The notes under the pieces were generated by a model. That model made no database searches. It was given only the letters and a program-made list of their open reading frames with translations, and was not told where the DNA came from. The position numbers and the translations under genes are program-made. From Octopus vulgaris (lineage: Eukaryota): a DNA stretch of 64,000 nt. Position 1 is the first letter of the stretch. Every line of letters begins with the position of its first letter. Shown piece after piece: positions 1-14,177 of this stretch. The stretch spans positions 101,370,001 to 101,434,000 of the forward strand of contig OX597819.1 in NCBI GenBank assembly GCA_951406725.2, written 5' to 3'.

Positions 1-245
1 TCCCTACGTTCTGAGTTTAAATTCCGCCAAGGTCGACTTTGCCTTTCATCCTTTCGAAGTCGATAAATTAAGTACCAGTTACGCACTGAAGTCGATGTAA
101 TCGACTTAATCCTTTTGTCTGTCCTTGTTTGTTGCCTCTATATTTAGCCCCTTGTGGGCAACAAATAAATAAGAAACGTTAGCACGCCGAGCGAAATGCT
201 TACCGGTATATTGTCTGTCTTTATGTTCTGAGTTCAATTCCGATG
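1..245 (+). mobile_element. SINE family A, 5'-cut copy followed by a second partial head
   Basis: Body gtcgactttgcctttcatcctttcg..gtcgataaattaagtaccag and tail ttagccccttgtgggcaacaaataaat match the copies at 5945, 11043 and 28237. Confidence 0.85.
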
Positions 246-254
246 AATCTTTTT

Positions 255-745
255 ATTTTCTTGAACTTCATAAAAGTAGATATTGTTTATACATACCTTG
301 AAGAGAAACAGTCCCAATGCAGTCCCTTGTGGTATAACATTGGGGACATTTACTAGGCTTCAATAAATTTCATCGATCAGAACATGCTGGATTGTACTCA
401 CCTTTAGGTACTTGACTCAGTGCAGCAGAATTCCACAGATAGACTTTGCCAAATGTAGGAAGAGGTGATGGACTGTACCAAATGTAGGAAGAGGTGATCG
501 ACTCTGCTCAAAGCCTTGCTAAAGTTGGGATATATAACATCAATATTTGGATCTTTCTCCCAAATATTTTAGGATATCCTCAGATATTCAAAGAGTTTGA
601 CCAAAGTTGAACAATCTCTGTCACAAAGAAAACATGTCAGTTGGAATTTAGGAGATAGTTACTCTCCATGAATCCAGTTATTCTTGATGTCACCTAAATT
701 TTCAAATAATGTGACTAGGTGATAGTTAACTGTAAGACATGAAGA
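255..745 (-). mobile_element. Decayed CR1/L2-group LINE reverse transcriptase fragment
   Basis: Minus strand reads IDVIYPNFSKAL..VDH and VIPQGTALGLFLF (the DVIYLDFSKAFD and GVPQGSVLGP RT motifs) with stops and frameshifts; 21-bp internal duplication at 449-469/478-498. Confidence 0.7.
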
Positions 746-1963
746 CTGGGATGACTGAAGGAGATGAATGGAGGAGATTGGAGGAGATGTATATTGGTGT
801 CTACAGTCTTTTAGGAATCTATCTGGGTTAAAGAATAATGTTCACTTTTGATAATTACTGCCATGATATCTGTGACAAAGGAAGTTGTGTTGGAGATATG
901 TTAAACGATAACTTCTTAGAAATAACCAGTCAATCTCAATATCAATAAAGACAAAGCAATATTGTTTCTGCAGGACCTCTGCTACTTCTTACGTGTCCTG
1001 ATGGAGAATGTTCTGATTATCTGTCAGTAGACCGATGGGTGAGTCAGCGGGCCTATGTTTGTTGATAAACGAAGAGATCATTTTTGGTTTATGTTTTATT
1101 TCTTAATAACCCAGTCCTGTTCTGCAACCGTTTGATTGTTGATGTATATTTGTATACTATCCTGTACACGCTTTTCAACTCAAGCGTTCTTGAATTGCAT
1201 CAATGAATGCAGATGATAGTAGTGTTTAAATGTGTAACCATTTTTTATTCAGTCTTTCGGTTTTCCTGATGAATGATTTTTCTTTTTTCCTTCAATCTTG
1301 AGAGCTTCTATTTTTAGTAACGTAATTTGTCCGGGTATAATTTGAATATATATTGGTTCACAATGGAAAATAGAGCGTGATCAAGAAAAACTGGAAACAC
1401 ATTACTATCAGCGGTGTATGACAACATCCGATAATCTGGTCGATACGGTAATACAATGATTAACACTGTCATATATCGTTACGTTTTGCTGCCAGAAAAT
1501 TCTATGTTTGCTTCTTGCCTTAAGAAAACAAACGGGTGCGACACAAAATGTCATACATACTTTCACTATTTCCTTCTACGTTCTCATTTCAGATCTTGGT
1601 CACGGTGAAATTTTATCCCCAGTTAACTGGCGAACACTCTGAATTCCGCTAAAGTTCATCCTACGATAGATTCCTTACACTCTGGCTTCAGAGCTCATGT
1701 CAAACTAATTAATTCCAGCTTCTCACATTTTCTTATTACTTGGGTAGTCAAGCAGGGTTGTTGCATGCTAGCATCAACATTATTCCCACCAGAGTTGAAC
1801 ACTTATGTACCTTTCAAGTACCATACCCATTGAAACCGATGGCTTTCAAGGTGTTTGTAAAATTGTCATACTACCTCTGTGTACTTAACGAAGGTGGTAC
1901 CCTTGGTTCACAGTAATAAAGAAATTATAAGTCACAAAGAAAAACCTGTGTCAACAGTGTGTT

Positions 1964-2365
1964 TTTGGCATTCATATCTGTTTAGCTTACATCGCTAATG
2001 CACTTTTGAATGTCGAAGGCACGCAATTCGCAATAATTGTTAAAGCATTATGTATGTACACTACGTACTCCATTTCCATGGCAGTGTTTCCCTCTCCTGG
2101 GGAAATGTGATCGTATTTAGGAGAAGCTATGAAACTGGTCTAAGCCTTTAGTTTTCATCTGGGATGTCGCATCTGATAGTAAATATACAATATTTAAAAC
2201 CTGATAATCTTAAGTACTGTCTATAACACCCTTGAGAGATGCGAAATGGGGTACGTAGTGTAAATAACGCTTTAAAAATATTGCGAATTGTGTGCCTTCG
2301 ATATTCAACAGTTTTCACATGTACATTAGCGATGTAAGCTAAACAGATATCAAGTAAATGCCAAA
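1964..2365. mobile_element. MITE-like foldback with ~115-120 bp imperfect inverted arms
   Basis: 1964-2076 (tttggcattcatatctgtttagcttacatcgctaatg...ctacgtactccatttc) is the reverse complement of 2243-2365. Confidence 0.7.
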
Positions 2366-2599
2366 TATAAATTACGAACTATCGATTAGTTCGTGAGGTG
2401 TTTAAAAATAAGTCACGTGCTCTCAAACAAATGATTCTGTTGTTCTGCCTACGGTATCAACGGTACCAAACGGTCACAACAATATCAACGTCGACCCAGA
2501 GATCGAGACAAACTGCTGTCTTTGAAGAGAGGAATTCAGAAACCAACATTTCTTATTGCTTACGGCTATTGTGGTTCCAGAACACAATAAATGGTACTT

Positions 2600-3233
2600 T
2601 ATAAGTAACAATAAAATCACCACCAAGAGCAACAACAACAATACCATCATCAACAACGATACTTATATCGACAAAACAGTAAGACCACCACCACCACCAC
2701 CACCACTAACAACAACAACAACAACAACGACAACAGAAACAACAACACCAACAACAACAACAAAATAACTGTGCATAATACGATAAGAATAATAAGAGAA
2801 CAAAAAATGGAACAATTAATCAGGCACACACGAAAAATGATTATTTTGATAAGACGTGGTGGTAGAGGTGGTGGTGGTGATAGTGGTTGAGTTGTTGGTA
2901 GTGGTTGTGGTGGTAGTAGTGGTAGCAGGGAAAGAGGGTGGCGGTGATTGACTGGTTGGTTTGAAATAAAATATCAAGTATTCAATTATAGAGTTTATAG
3001 TTTTATTGCTTCGAGATATTGTTGCAATGTGAACAGAGGTTTTTCATTTACACTTGTTTTCTCTCCATCACTTTCACTTATTCACACCTTAACACACAAT
3101 GTCCCATACACACACACACACACACACATACATACGTACATGTATACACACACTCGCACCTACACATGTGTGTGCGCTGCTCTCTCTGACTCCATCCTCT
3201 CAATCTCATTGTTTCTCCATCTCTTTGCTTATA

Positions 3234-3293
<60 letters not shown>

Positions 3294-3644
3294 TATATAT
3301 AATCACATACGAGACACATTTAATGACACATACACGCACTCATACACATATTGATGTATAATGACTATTAAGCACAAGCAATGATATATACACATGCACA
3401 CATACGCGCATACATATATTACAGATATATAGATATATCTACTGACACAAACCTATGTATATATATTTACAAGTAAATGCATATAGTTTATTTTTCAGTG
3501 GCCTCACATACAACCATGCGTATACTTTCCTATTTAGTTATATACATACACACATGCATGATACATACATACATTCATACAGCTATATGTGTATGTGAGC
3601 ATGTATATATGTGTGCGTGTATAGCTGTGAATGTGTGAGTGAAT

Positions 3645-3716
<72 letters not shown>

Positions 3717-3961
3717 ACATGCGTGTTGAGTGGTATGTTATATAATCTCACCGAAATAATTAGGAAACTAAACGTTGTTTTACGAAAAGCAATAATTATT
3801 TTTAAAAATATTTTAATCTCTATTACTGACATTCAAGAAAATAGCTGCTCTGATTTGTTGATTAAAAAAATAGATGGAGTGAAATTATTTCAGTCGTTGA
3901 TATTCTGTATACACACACATACACACACACACTTGCATGTATACTTACATGCATACATACA

Positions 3962-3995
<34 letters not shown>

Positions 3996-4010
3996 CATAC
4001 ATGCATACAT
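2600..4010. repeat. Microsatellite field: (ACA/CCA)n, (GTG)n, (TA)n, (CA)n, (TG)n, (ATAC)n
   Basis: Direct reading; explains the low-complexity ORFs here. Confidence 0.95.
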
Positions 4011-4932
4011 TCTTTCTATTCTTATATTCTTATATTCTTAAATTCGTTATTCTTAGAATAGATATAATCCGACACATTTAGCCATACTGTATATACGATG
4101 AAAATGCAAAGGAAAGAACCTTTACGAAGTCGTATATCATGGAAGAAAATGCAACCAAATATCCCTCAGACTACCGTCTTGACGATAAAACATCTTTCTC
4201 GGTAAATTATTTCCGGGAGATACAACGTTATGTTCTAAGCTAGAATTTCTTTTGATCTTGGGTTTCTTACATGATCAGGTGCCATTTGGGGCAAAACAAC
4301 TTTATGGGGCAAAACAACTGAATTTATGGGGCTGAATTTATGTCGCCGATGTTCTTTTTTACAAAGACAGCAAATTTGGAACAGTCATCATAAGAAAGGA
4401 GAAAATAATTTGCGGGGATTGGTGCGAATCTATGCACATTGAGTTCAAACCCTACCATGGTCAACTTGGTAAAGTATAAGAACAGGGCAGTAACAAGGGA
4501 AATTGTTAGCCCGTTAGTTAGTTATGGATACCTTCTGATATTAGTTCCAGTCCGTTACCATCTGAGTTTCATTAGCTAGTAGACCTATTTGTCACTCGAT
4601 TCAATCCTACTCCTACTTCACATACAGGCGCGGACGCGTGCATTTGGCACTTAGGTATCTTTAGCGGAGTTCCATTAGTTGCCAGTATTCGAACATATAT
4701 TCCAGTTTGAAGATAATTAACTCCTTTCTTCCAACCAGTCACTGTGAAAACAAAGGCCCATTGTCTATACTCTTTCGACCTTTTAAAAAGTGTTTGCTAT
4801 AGAATAGTTGTAATCGATTGTGATCTCTAAATAGTTGGTACATGTGACCTGTTTTTTAACGTTTCCTTCAAATGATGCCGATAAACTGGAAATGTTTTTT
4901 GTATTACAATATTAAATAAATTTCCTCAATTG

Positions 4933-5145
4933 ATTTCAAATTTTGGCACAAGGGCAGCTAATTCGGGGGAGCGGACTAAGTCGATTAAATCGTCTCCAGT
5001 GCACAACTGGTACTTATTTTAACATCCTCAAAAGGATGAAAGGCGAAGTGGACTTCAGCGAAATTTCAATTCAGAACGTATATAGGGACAATATGCCGCT
5101 AAATACTTTGCCTGGCGTGCTGACGATTCTGCCTGTTCGACGCCT
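4933..5145 (-). mobile_element. SINE family A, older variant with alternative 3' tail
   Basis: Same head and body as family A, but ends in ..ccttgtgccaaaatttgaaa. Confidence 0.75.
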
Positions 5146-5649
5146 CAAATAAATTTCCTGTATTACTAACGAAGATGTAATAGTATTCAGCCCTTAACTA
5201 GAGCTGTATTAAATTTATTTTGCGCCGTACATTTATCTCTCTAATATATAAACAAGGCAAATGCTTGGTATATTTTGCTGATTTTATCTCTTCAGTCTCT
5301 CTATATTAAGAACAATGAAGTTATTAACGTTATGTTTAGTCCATTTAAATTTTAAAGCTCTCCCTCGTGTTCCTCTTGCCAAAAATTGTAATTAAACTTA
5401 ATGACTATATTTCTCATTAAGATTGTTATTTCAATTAATGAAACATTCTTTTGTGTCTCACTACAATGAACATATTAACCCGTACTTACAAGTTTTAAGA
5501 CCATCACGGCAGATTAATGGCTGGAAGGGGAAAATCCTTTAGGCATATGAAAACATTAAATCCTTGGTAATTCAGTCGAGATTCTATTGTTACAATTGTT
5601 GCTTAGTTCTCTATGATCTTCTGTTTTGGTTGTTGATCATGTTTGTTCT

Positions 5650-6270
5650 AATCGAGCAGACCTATGGAAAGTGATCCAATTATATCCGTCTTGTCTGTCT
5701 TGCATACATAGGATAACATTACTCCCAATGTATCCTTCTTGTAAAAAGTAGGATGTGATTCAAAGGAGAATTGGTAGTTATCTCTGTCAACTTGGTAGAT
5801 TGCACTGAGGCTTTTTTGCCTTGCCTTGAAGTACGAGAGTGAAATCATTTTGTCCAAGAAAGATGGAATTTCGCTTTTGTGTCTTTTCGGAAAATCATCA
5901 CGGCATATCACTATTTTGTAGTGGTTATATACATAACACAACCTATTTCTTTATTACCCACAATGGGCTAAACACAGAGGGGACAAACGAGGACAGACAT
6001 GGGTATTAAATCGATTACATCGACCCCAGTGCGTAACTGGTACTTAATTTATCGACCCCGAAAGGATGAAAGGCAAAGTCGACCTCGGCGGAATTTGAAC
6101 TCAACGTAACGGCAGACGAAATACCGCTAAGCATTTCGCCCGGCGTGCTAACGTTTCTGCCAGCTCGCCGCCTTTACATAACACAACCTGTTTAACAATT
6201 CTGTTAGCCACAACCTTAGGAATGCTCACTTGAACTGATATAGCACTACATAACTAATAGCAGTAATCTT
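5650..6270 (-). mobile_element. Possible decayed LINE RT fragment split by a SINE
   Basis: Removing the SINE joins CYI-FK*AFLRLWLTELLNRLCY, which resembles CFIDFKKAFDRVW; the rest is unrecognisable. Confidence 0.3.
5945..6174 (-). mobile_element. Full-length SINE family A with 15-bp TSD
   Basis: tRNA-like head ggcggcgagctggcagaaacgttag and B-box-like gagttcaaattcc; TSD tacataacacaacct at 5930-5944 and 6175-6189. Confidence 0.93.
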
Positions 6271-7719
6271 ATACCTCAGTAAAGAAACAAAGAGACCAGA
6301 GTAAAAGCTAAACGCACAGGCTTCCCTAAGGGTTATTTATGACGTAATTCATATATGAGTGAACGAATAACTATGGTGACTCAAAAATGAATCACATGAC
6401 TTATCTATTCTTTTTTTTCTTTCAGTTATGGCGTCAGAGTATGTTTAGATATTATGCTGTTTTTGAGGATAGCTTAAGAATTCATTCTAAAAATGGTGAC
6501 ATAAGGAGATTTCCGACTGAAAGTGGCCCAAGTGTTATGCAGGAGCAGCAGCTAACAAGGTGGGGGGAGGGTCTTCTGCCTTCAGATGAAGAGAGTTAAA
6601 ACGTCTTCATGCCAACACCACCGACACAGTGAAAGTATGGATAGCAACAGAAACGGCTTCAACAACAACATCAGCCAAAACTTCTACCACGAAGACTAAC
6701 ACCAATACTAATGCAAAGGGCATACAAGCACACACACCCTGATCAGCCTCTGCTCTCCTCCGATTTGTCATTGAATAACGGATAGAAACAGGATGAGGCC
6801 GGAACGGTAACTCAACGAGAAAACAAAGAAAAAGCACAGAAAATAACCCTCGCCCCTTCACCAAAAACAAAAACAAAGGAAAAAATCTTCGAAAGGTCAG
6901 CAAGAGATTAAAAAACTCACAGAATAGCCATCCACTATCATAACCATCACAGGAAATATCAACAATATCAACAGCAAAAACAATAAAGCCCATTGTCACA
7001 ATAACAGCACAGACTAGAACAGGAACAACATGAATTAATACCCTATGGCAAACGTATTCTCCCATAGCTCGTTAGTTTGACAGGATTGCAAGACTGCTTC
7101 AATGAAGATCTAACGTAGATTCTAGGTATCATGAGGTATTCATAGTCCATTAGGGGTAAGCCAGTTGGTGGAATTGTTTGTTTATTTATTGATTCGCTTG
7201 ACTTGAAAAATATTTTTGCTGGTAGGGATAGGTGGCGAATGTTCCGACATATTTTCCTATATGGTATTGGTATACTTAATATAAGTAACCAAAAATGTTA
7301 CAAAAGGATTTGAAAAAACTGAAGAAGGATTTCTAAGAAGCGTCGAGTGTGACACCGCTAAGATTTGAGAAAATGATAAGAATATAAGCACTGTGAATAA
7401 TATATAGATTGGTCATTCTCCCGGACACTTTACATTAAGAGAGTTAAAAAGTATTCATGCCAACACCACCTATACAGTGAAAGCATGAATAGCAACAGCA
7501 ACAGCTTGAACAACAAGAACAGCAACAATAAGAACCTTTGCCATCGTGGTTAGGGAAAAGTACAAGGTTTGCGTAAGATCGTAGAACAAGAACAATAGAT
7601 GAAATGCGTCGCGAAAGACAACATTTAATGGAAGGCAGTCTTGATAGAAGGGTGAGGATAGGTGACAATGATGTTTTTCGGCTTTCTTTAAAAAAAACAA
7701 AAGCAAACAAAAAGATAAA

Positions 7720-8019
7720 TAATATATTTGGGACCACTACATATCAAAATCTACCCAAAGTAGAGAAGAATGAGCATTGCTGGTCATTGCTTCTGGCACC
7801 CCAAAAAACCTGTGTGTTAACTGGTCTCATGGTAGAGACCAGTTGACCTGTCAATTGAAGAATCTATAGGTGAAGAAAACGTGTAACCTATGTGGATAAC
7901 TTGCTTCAGAACAGTGGACAGGCAACTGTTGACGAATTAAGAACATGCATGGGGGACCGTGATGGATGACGCTCTCGCGTGAGATCATTGAAGTGTCCGG
8001 GAGAACGACCAATCTAGAC
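7720..8019 (+). mobile_element. RTE-type LINE 3' end remnant
   Basis: Reads (RR)MSIAGHCFWHP...KRVTYVDNLLQNSG..VDELRTCMGDRDG*R, a typical C-terminus of RTE-group ORFs. Confidence 0.7.
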
Positions 8020-8823
8020 TAATATAAGAGGAAGACTGTTTTGAAAAGGGAGCGGCCGTTGCATAACAGGGGTATGGTTACCCAGGACAGGAGCCTGGTT
8101 TTACTTTTAAGAATGCGCTGACAACTGAGGAAGAGCCTTTAGAGACACTCGGCGATATACACCGAGCTATGTGAGGAGGGGGGGTCCAATATATGGTGAA
8201 AAAGAGAGAGTCCTGGTTAAAGCCATGGGCGGAGGGAAATTGACCATGGATAAGTGTTATTTATGAATTACCGCCTTACTAATAAAATATACTCAATGCA
8301 AAGACTTGAATGGACCTACTTTCAAGTGGACTTAATCCTTCTCATAATCAGTATATTTAATCGGCCAATATCAAAGTCAGCTTTGTAGCAATGAAAATTA
8401 GGTACTTTAAAAAAAGTAATCTATATTTATTATTTACCACACACTTAAAAAGAGAATTGCCGGGAAGATCTTAATAACTTAATTACAAGGATTAATTCTC
8501 TGTAGTGTTGGTCTCTTCAAACACTTGTTTTGAGCACAAGATTTAATTTTTTTGCGGGGCGGGGGATTATGATTTCCTTTTAACATTGAATTTGAAAATG
8601 TTAATCAAAATAAGTGACGAGATATTAGAGTAAGGTAAGCTGTTATTAAATGAATGCATATTTACGAAAAAGTCTTATAAATTACTTTATTTCTTCGAGT
8701 ATATTTGGAAGAGAAAGGTATTCAAGTAAGATTTTCTATGATTTCCATAGTTCTATTACAGATCAACATAAATTTATCTAAATCACAATCAAAAAGTTTT
8801 TTTCGATATTATTTTATTTCTGA

Positions 8824-9393
8824 GACAGCGAGCCGCCTGAAACGTTAGCACGCCTGGCAAAATGCTTAGCGGCATTTCGTCTATCTTTACGTTCTGAATT
8901 CAAATAGTGCTGAGGTCGATTTTGCCTTCAGCCGAGGTCGACTTCGGAGTCAATAAAATAAGTACCAGTTAAACACTTGGGTCGATGTAAACACTTAGGT
9001 CGAAGTTGCTGGACTTGTACCAAAATTTGAAACCGATATTACTTCATTTCTATGCTTACATAATAAAACCCAGAATTTTAATAAAAAGGAAATTTTAATT
9101 AAAGTTTCTCCAAAAGTATTATTTTAATAAATAATATCATAGTTTAATATATAATATTATGTACTATATTATAATATAACCAGCTGACAGAATCGTTAGC
9201 GCGCTGGCAAAACGCTTTGCTCTTTTCATGCATTTATTTCCTTTCTGAGCTCAAATTCCGCTGACGTCCATTTTGTCTTTCATTTTCTTTTCCAGAGTTG
9301 ATAAAATAAGAGTTAGTTGAGCAACTGGGTCAAATGTAATCGACTTAGCAGCCCTCCTCCGAAATTGCTGGCCTTATGCCAAAATTTGAAACC
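8824..9393 (+). mobile_element. Two decayed SINE-A copies with the alternative tail (8824-9034, 9181-9393)
   Basis: Family A head and body; both end in gctgg.ctt.t.ccaaaatttgaaacc. Confidence 0.8.
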
Positions 9394-10016
9394 AACATTA
9401 TGTAATATCAAAATAATATTTTATAATGAGTTTTCTGTCCGACATGAATTATAGTTGACTGCAACTCTGCTAGTAACAGAACACATAGATATTGACATTA
9501 TATATGGCCTATCTCAGGCTAGGGTGGTATATCTGGACTACCGACGGCCATAAGCCTACAAAGAAAGCACTCCACGGGTGGCAAAAATATAATTGGACAT
9601 TTTCCCTACTGACAGATATGCGCGGTTTCTGACGAGGCTCACTCTCCTTGTAGCTGTTTTTAAGTTGTTTTCAATGCTAATAAAGATACACATATTTCAT
9701 ATTTGCATCCTGGTGATCACAATTTATTAGTAGTCCCAGCCCATCTATGTCCAACTAAGCCCAGCAAAACCAAAGGTGGAATATGCAATTTATTAGCGGC
9801 CAATAGACAGAAGCCCGCCAACATTGCGTACCTCGGTTGAAAAATAATTTTTACTACAGATGAAATATCAGGCCGGTGGTGTATCTAGCAGCTAATTTAA
9901 ATTTCCTTTAAATTTTATTTATTCTATGTACAAACATCTAATGATGTAGATTGGTCTCTACTGATGGGAAAATATAGGTAATGCGGAGCAAAATCAGAAA
10001 AATGTATACATATATA

Positions 10017-10356
<340 letters not shown>

Positions 10357-11042
10357 TGTGTGTGTGTGCGTGTGTTGAAAGGTTGATAGAAAAATAGATA
10401 GATAGATATATTTACACATTACATAGGCATATATACACACATACAAGCGCACATATAAACTTACACTCATGTATATATAATTAAAACGACTATGATTAAC
10501 CTCATAGGAAAGGCTCCAGAAAAGAAAACATAAAAACAAGATTAACTTCTCAGTGCATCAACAACAGTAAATACCTCACGAAACAAAATAATGAAAAATA
10601 GAAAAAAAGAAAAAGAAACGGAGAAAAACAACTGTAAAGAAAAGGAAAACAGCTACTACAATTGAAACAACAACTACAACAACTTCATCAAGAACAAACA
10701 AGCAACAAAAAACACTTCAGCAGGGCGGTCATAGAATATCGAAATGTAATAAGAATTACAAGAATATAATAAGAACCATCATTAGTGAGAGAAGGTGTCA
10801 ATAAATGCGGAGACTACTTCAAACAAATCAAATTACAGTGGCATCATTATGGTCAACGGTAACTGCATGAACAGCAATAGTAACGATAACAACGATGTCT
10901 GCAATAACTACAACAACAACACCAATAACAACAGTAACTGCGAATGGTATCGGCAACAACAACTGCTGTAGTAAAAGCACCGACGCCAACAGCTCCGACA
11001 ATGATAACTATTACTTCGGCAACAATATTATTAATAATAAAA

Positions 11043-11451
11043 GGCGGTGAGCTGGCAGAAACGTTAGCACGCCGGACGAAATGCTGAGCGGTATTTCGCC
11101 GGCCGTTACGTCCTGAGTTCAAGTTCCGCCGAGGTCGACTTTCATCCTTTCGGGGTCGATTAAATAAGTACCAGTTACGCATTAAGGTCGATATAATCAA
11201 CTTAATCCGTTTGTCTGTCCTTGTTTGTCCTCTCTGTGTTTAGCCCCTTGTGGGTAGTAACGAAATAGGTATTTCGTCTGCCGCTACGTTCTGAGTTCAA
11301 ATTCCGCCGAGGTCGACTTTGCCGTTCATCCTTTCGGGGTCGATAAATAAAGTACCAGTTTCGCACTGGGGTCGATGTAACCGACTTAATCCGTTTGTCT
11401 GTCCTTGTTTGTCCCCTCTATGTTTAGCCCCTTGTAGGCAATAAAGAAATA
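11043..11451 (+). mobile_element. SINE-A head+body+body dimer
   Basis: Second body starts at the junction gaaatag|gtatttcgtctg (~11269). Confidence 0.92.
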
Positions 11452-13950
11452 AACATTATTAGTAATGAGAATTATAACAATAACTGAATCGGTAATAGTA
11501 ACAATGATAGTAACAGCTGTAGTAGTGAGTACAATAAGTATACTACTGTGGCTACCACCAGCAACAACAACGACAACAGCAATAACAGTAACTATATGAA
11601 AGATCTACATCTACCGACAACAACAATCACAGCAGCGATATGCAACTCTGGTAATAGGATAATGACAATAATTATAAAATCAACAACAACAAGAACAATA
11701 ATTTGGGCAAGATAATACGAATAAAGCGAACAGCAACAACAGCAATAACCAGAATTATAAAGACGACAACGACAAAAATAAACAATGATAACAGCAATAG
11801 CATTACCATACGCAATAGCAGCAGCAGCATTGTCAATAATAACATCATTATTAACAATATACAACAACAACAACAACAACGGCAACATTAACCTCAACAC
11901 CAATGGATACAAAACTCAAGGAAAAATAAACAAAAAAAAACCACATCACCAATAACAAATGAAAAGCGACAACAACAACAACAACAACCACAATTATAAA
12001 ATCAATCCCAGCAACAACAACAAAAAACACGATAACAACAACAACAAAAACAACAACAACGACAAAACTAGAGGAAAGAACAAAGACCTGTAACGTATCC
12101 TAAGCCGAGAACAAACCCGTTTATGGCCAGAAGGCGTCTAGAAGTGAACACGGAATGCAACGGTCGCTGGAAAACGAATTTAATAAAAGCTAGCCACGCT
12201 TGATGTTTGCGATGTTTACATCTGTACATATAAGTATATTTGCACGCCATTTTTTTCCCCTCCATACATCTTCTTGTCTCCCCTTACGTTCACCCTCTCC
12301 AATACAAATACATAGTCGCACATTTAAATATATTTGTTGGGTTTTTTTATGTGTCTATTTCTGTCTTTTTCTTTTCATTCTTTCCTTTATAAATATCTCT
12401 CACACCACACACCTTGTCTCTAATCCTTCTCCACTTCATATCTCCCCCCCTCCTTTATTTCTTAATTTATCATATTCCTTCCAGTTGTTTCTTTCATTTT
12501 TATTCTGCTTTTCCTTTTATTCTCATCTTCATTCTCGAATCTCCCTTCTTTCTACCTTTCTCATCTTTCTTATTATAATTTGACGCTGTTATTAGTGTCA
12601 TTATTATTATCATTATTATCTCTGTTGTTGTTGTAAGTGTTGTTGTTGTTACAGTTGTTACTGTTGTCTTCATCTCCTCCTCCTCTTCATCATCCTCCTC
12701 CTCTTCATCCTCCTCCTCCCTCTTCTTCTCCTCCACCTACCCCTTCCTCTTCTTTTTTCTTCCCCTTCTCATTCTTCTCCTTTTCTCATCTATAAATTGA
12801 TATGTTTCTCATTGTCAGTTCCTGTTATCGGAATGGCTAATACGAGCCTTGTTCACTGGTGTTACGATGCGAATAGAAATTCCCTGAGGGGTGGCCAAGT
12901 ACTGTATCATTTTTCCGCAACCAATCACTTTCCTTCTCATTTCTTCGCTAAGAATGTCGAAGAAAGGGTTCATCATCATAACTGTCTGATATAGTCAACG
13001 TCACCAACCGTTATAACAAGCCTTCTTATTGCCCTCCGGTGTCTATCTTGTTCGTGTTAGGTGTCAAGTACTTGTCCAATCTCAGCTGAACTTCTTAATC
13101 TCGCTAAAGCAAGCGATATTCTGTCCTCACCTCTATTTCATATAGAGGGCGCTAACGTCAGTCGTTGTTTTTGTTAAGCACTGTTACATAAACTAAACTT
13201 ACACAACATTTCACATTATGATAAGAGAAAACGCGATGAGATGTTTAGAAGGAATTTCTATTTATTTTCGCTCAATATAAGAAATGGTCGATGTGTATGT
13301 GTGTATAGGATTTTTGTTAATACGTGGGAGGTGTTTCTGTGTGTGAATATGTATGCTTGTATGTGTATATAAATGTAGAAGTTCTATATATGTGAATGTT
13401 AGTCTTCTGTCTGTATGAATGTGAAGAAGTTATCGCTGTTGAGTATTATACCTACTGTGTGCTTATACCGATGGTTTCGTGTATGAATTAATGATTGTGA
13501 TGTTTAAATGACTCAATAACAGGTGAGATTAATGCCATATATGTGAGAGCGGATTATTTGCAGTTTATTAAATATCTATAGGAAATTTAATGCAATTCGA
13601 CATTGAGAATAATATTTAAGAGAATAATTCCATTTTGGTTTAGAAACGTTGGAAGTTTGAATCCTTCAATTCCTTTACAGGATGCAGCAAGGTTGTGTAA
13701 AATTTACTATATCAAATCAACAGTATTTTTCTTCTTTTTTATTTGTGTGTGTGTCTTTGTGTAGGTGTTTGCCCCACCACGAATACTACAACTTGACAAA
13801 CGGTGGTAATGTGTTAACAGCTCTGTAACCTAGCGGTTCGACATAAAAGACCGATAGGCTTCAAGAAAGCCTGAGGATGGTTTGTTCGACTAAAACCATT
13901 CAAGGCGGCGCCAGTATGTACCCAGTCAAAATACTGATTTGATATAAGCT

Positions 13951-13994
<44 letters not shown>

Positions 13995-14086
13995 TATGGA
14001 AGAATATGCGATTTAATACAGATTTCAAGTGTAAAGATGATTAATATTGTTTTCACGTAATGAAATCCTTTACAAGGATGCTTTTA

Positions 14087-14142
<56 letters not shown>

Positions 14143-14177
14143 TGTGAGTGGGTGTGCGTGTGTAAGCGTGCATGTTT

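Noticed and set aside
1050-1480. Possible Penelope GIY-YIG C-terminal remnant
   Set aside because: Only vague motif similarity; too decayed to call
6090-6174. SINE heads as tRNA genes
   Set aside because: Only A/B-box-like remnants; no cloverleaf, and always fused to a SINE body
6607-7065. 152-aa hydrophobic ORF as a membrane protein
   Set aside because: Hydrophobicity comes from the antisense of (ACA)-rich low-complexity DNA
9628-9650. CTGACGAG as a hammerhead core
   Set aside because: No stem II followed by GAAA nearby
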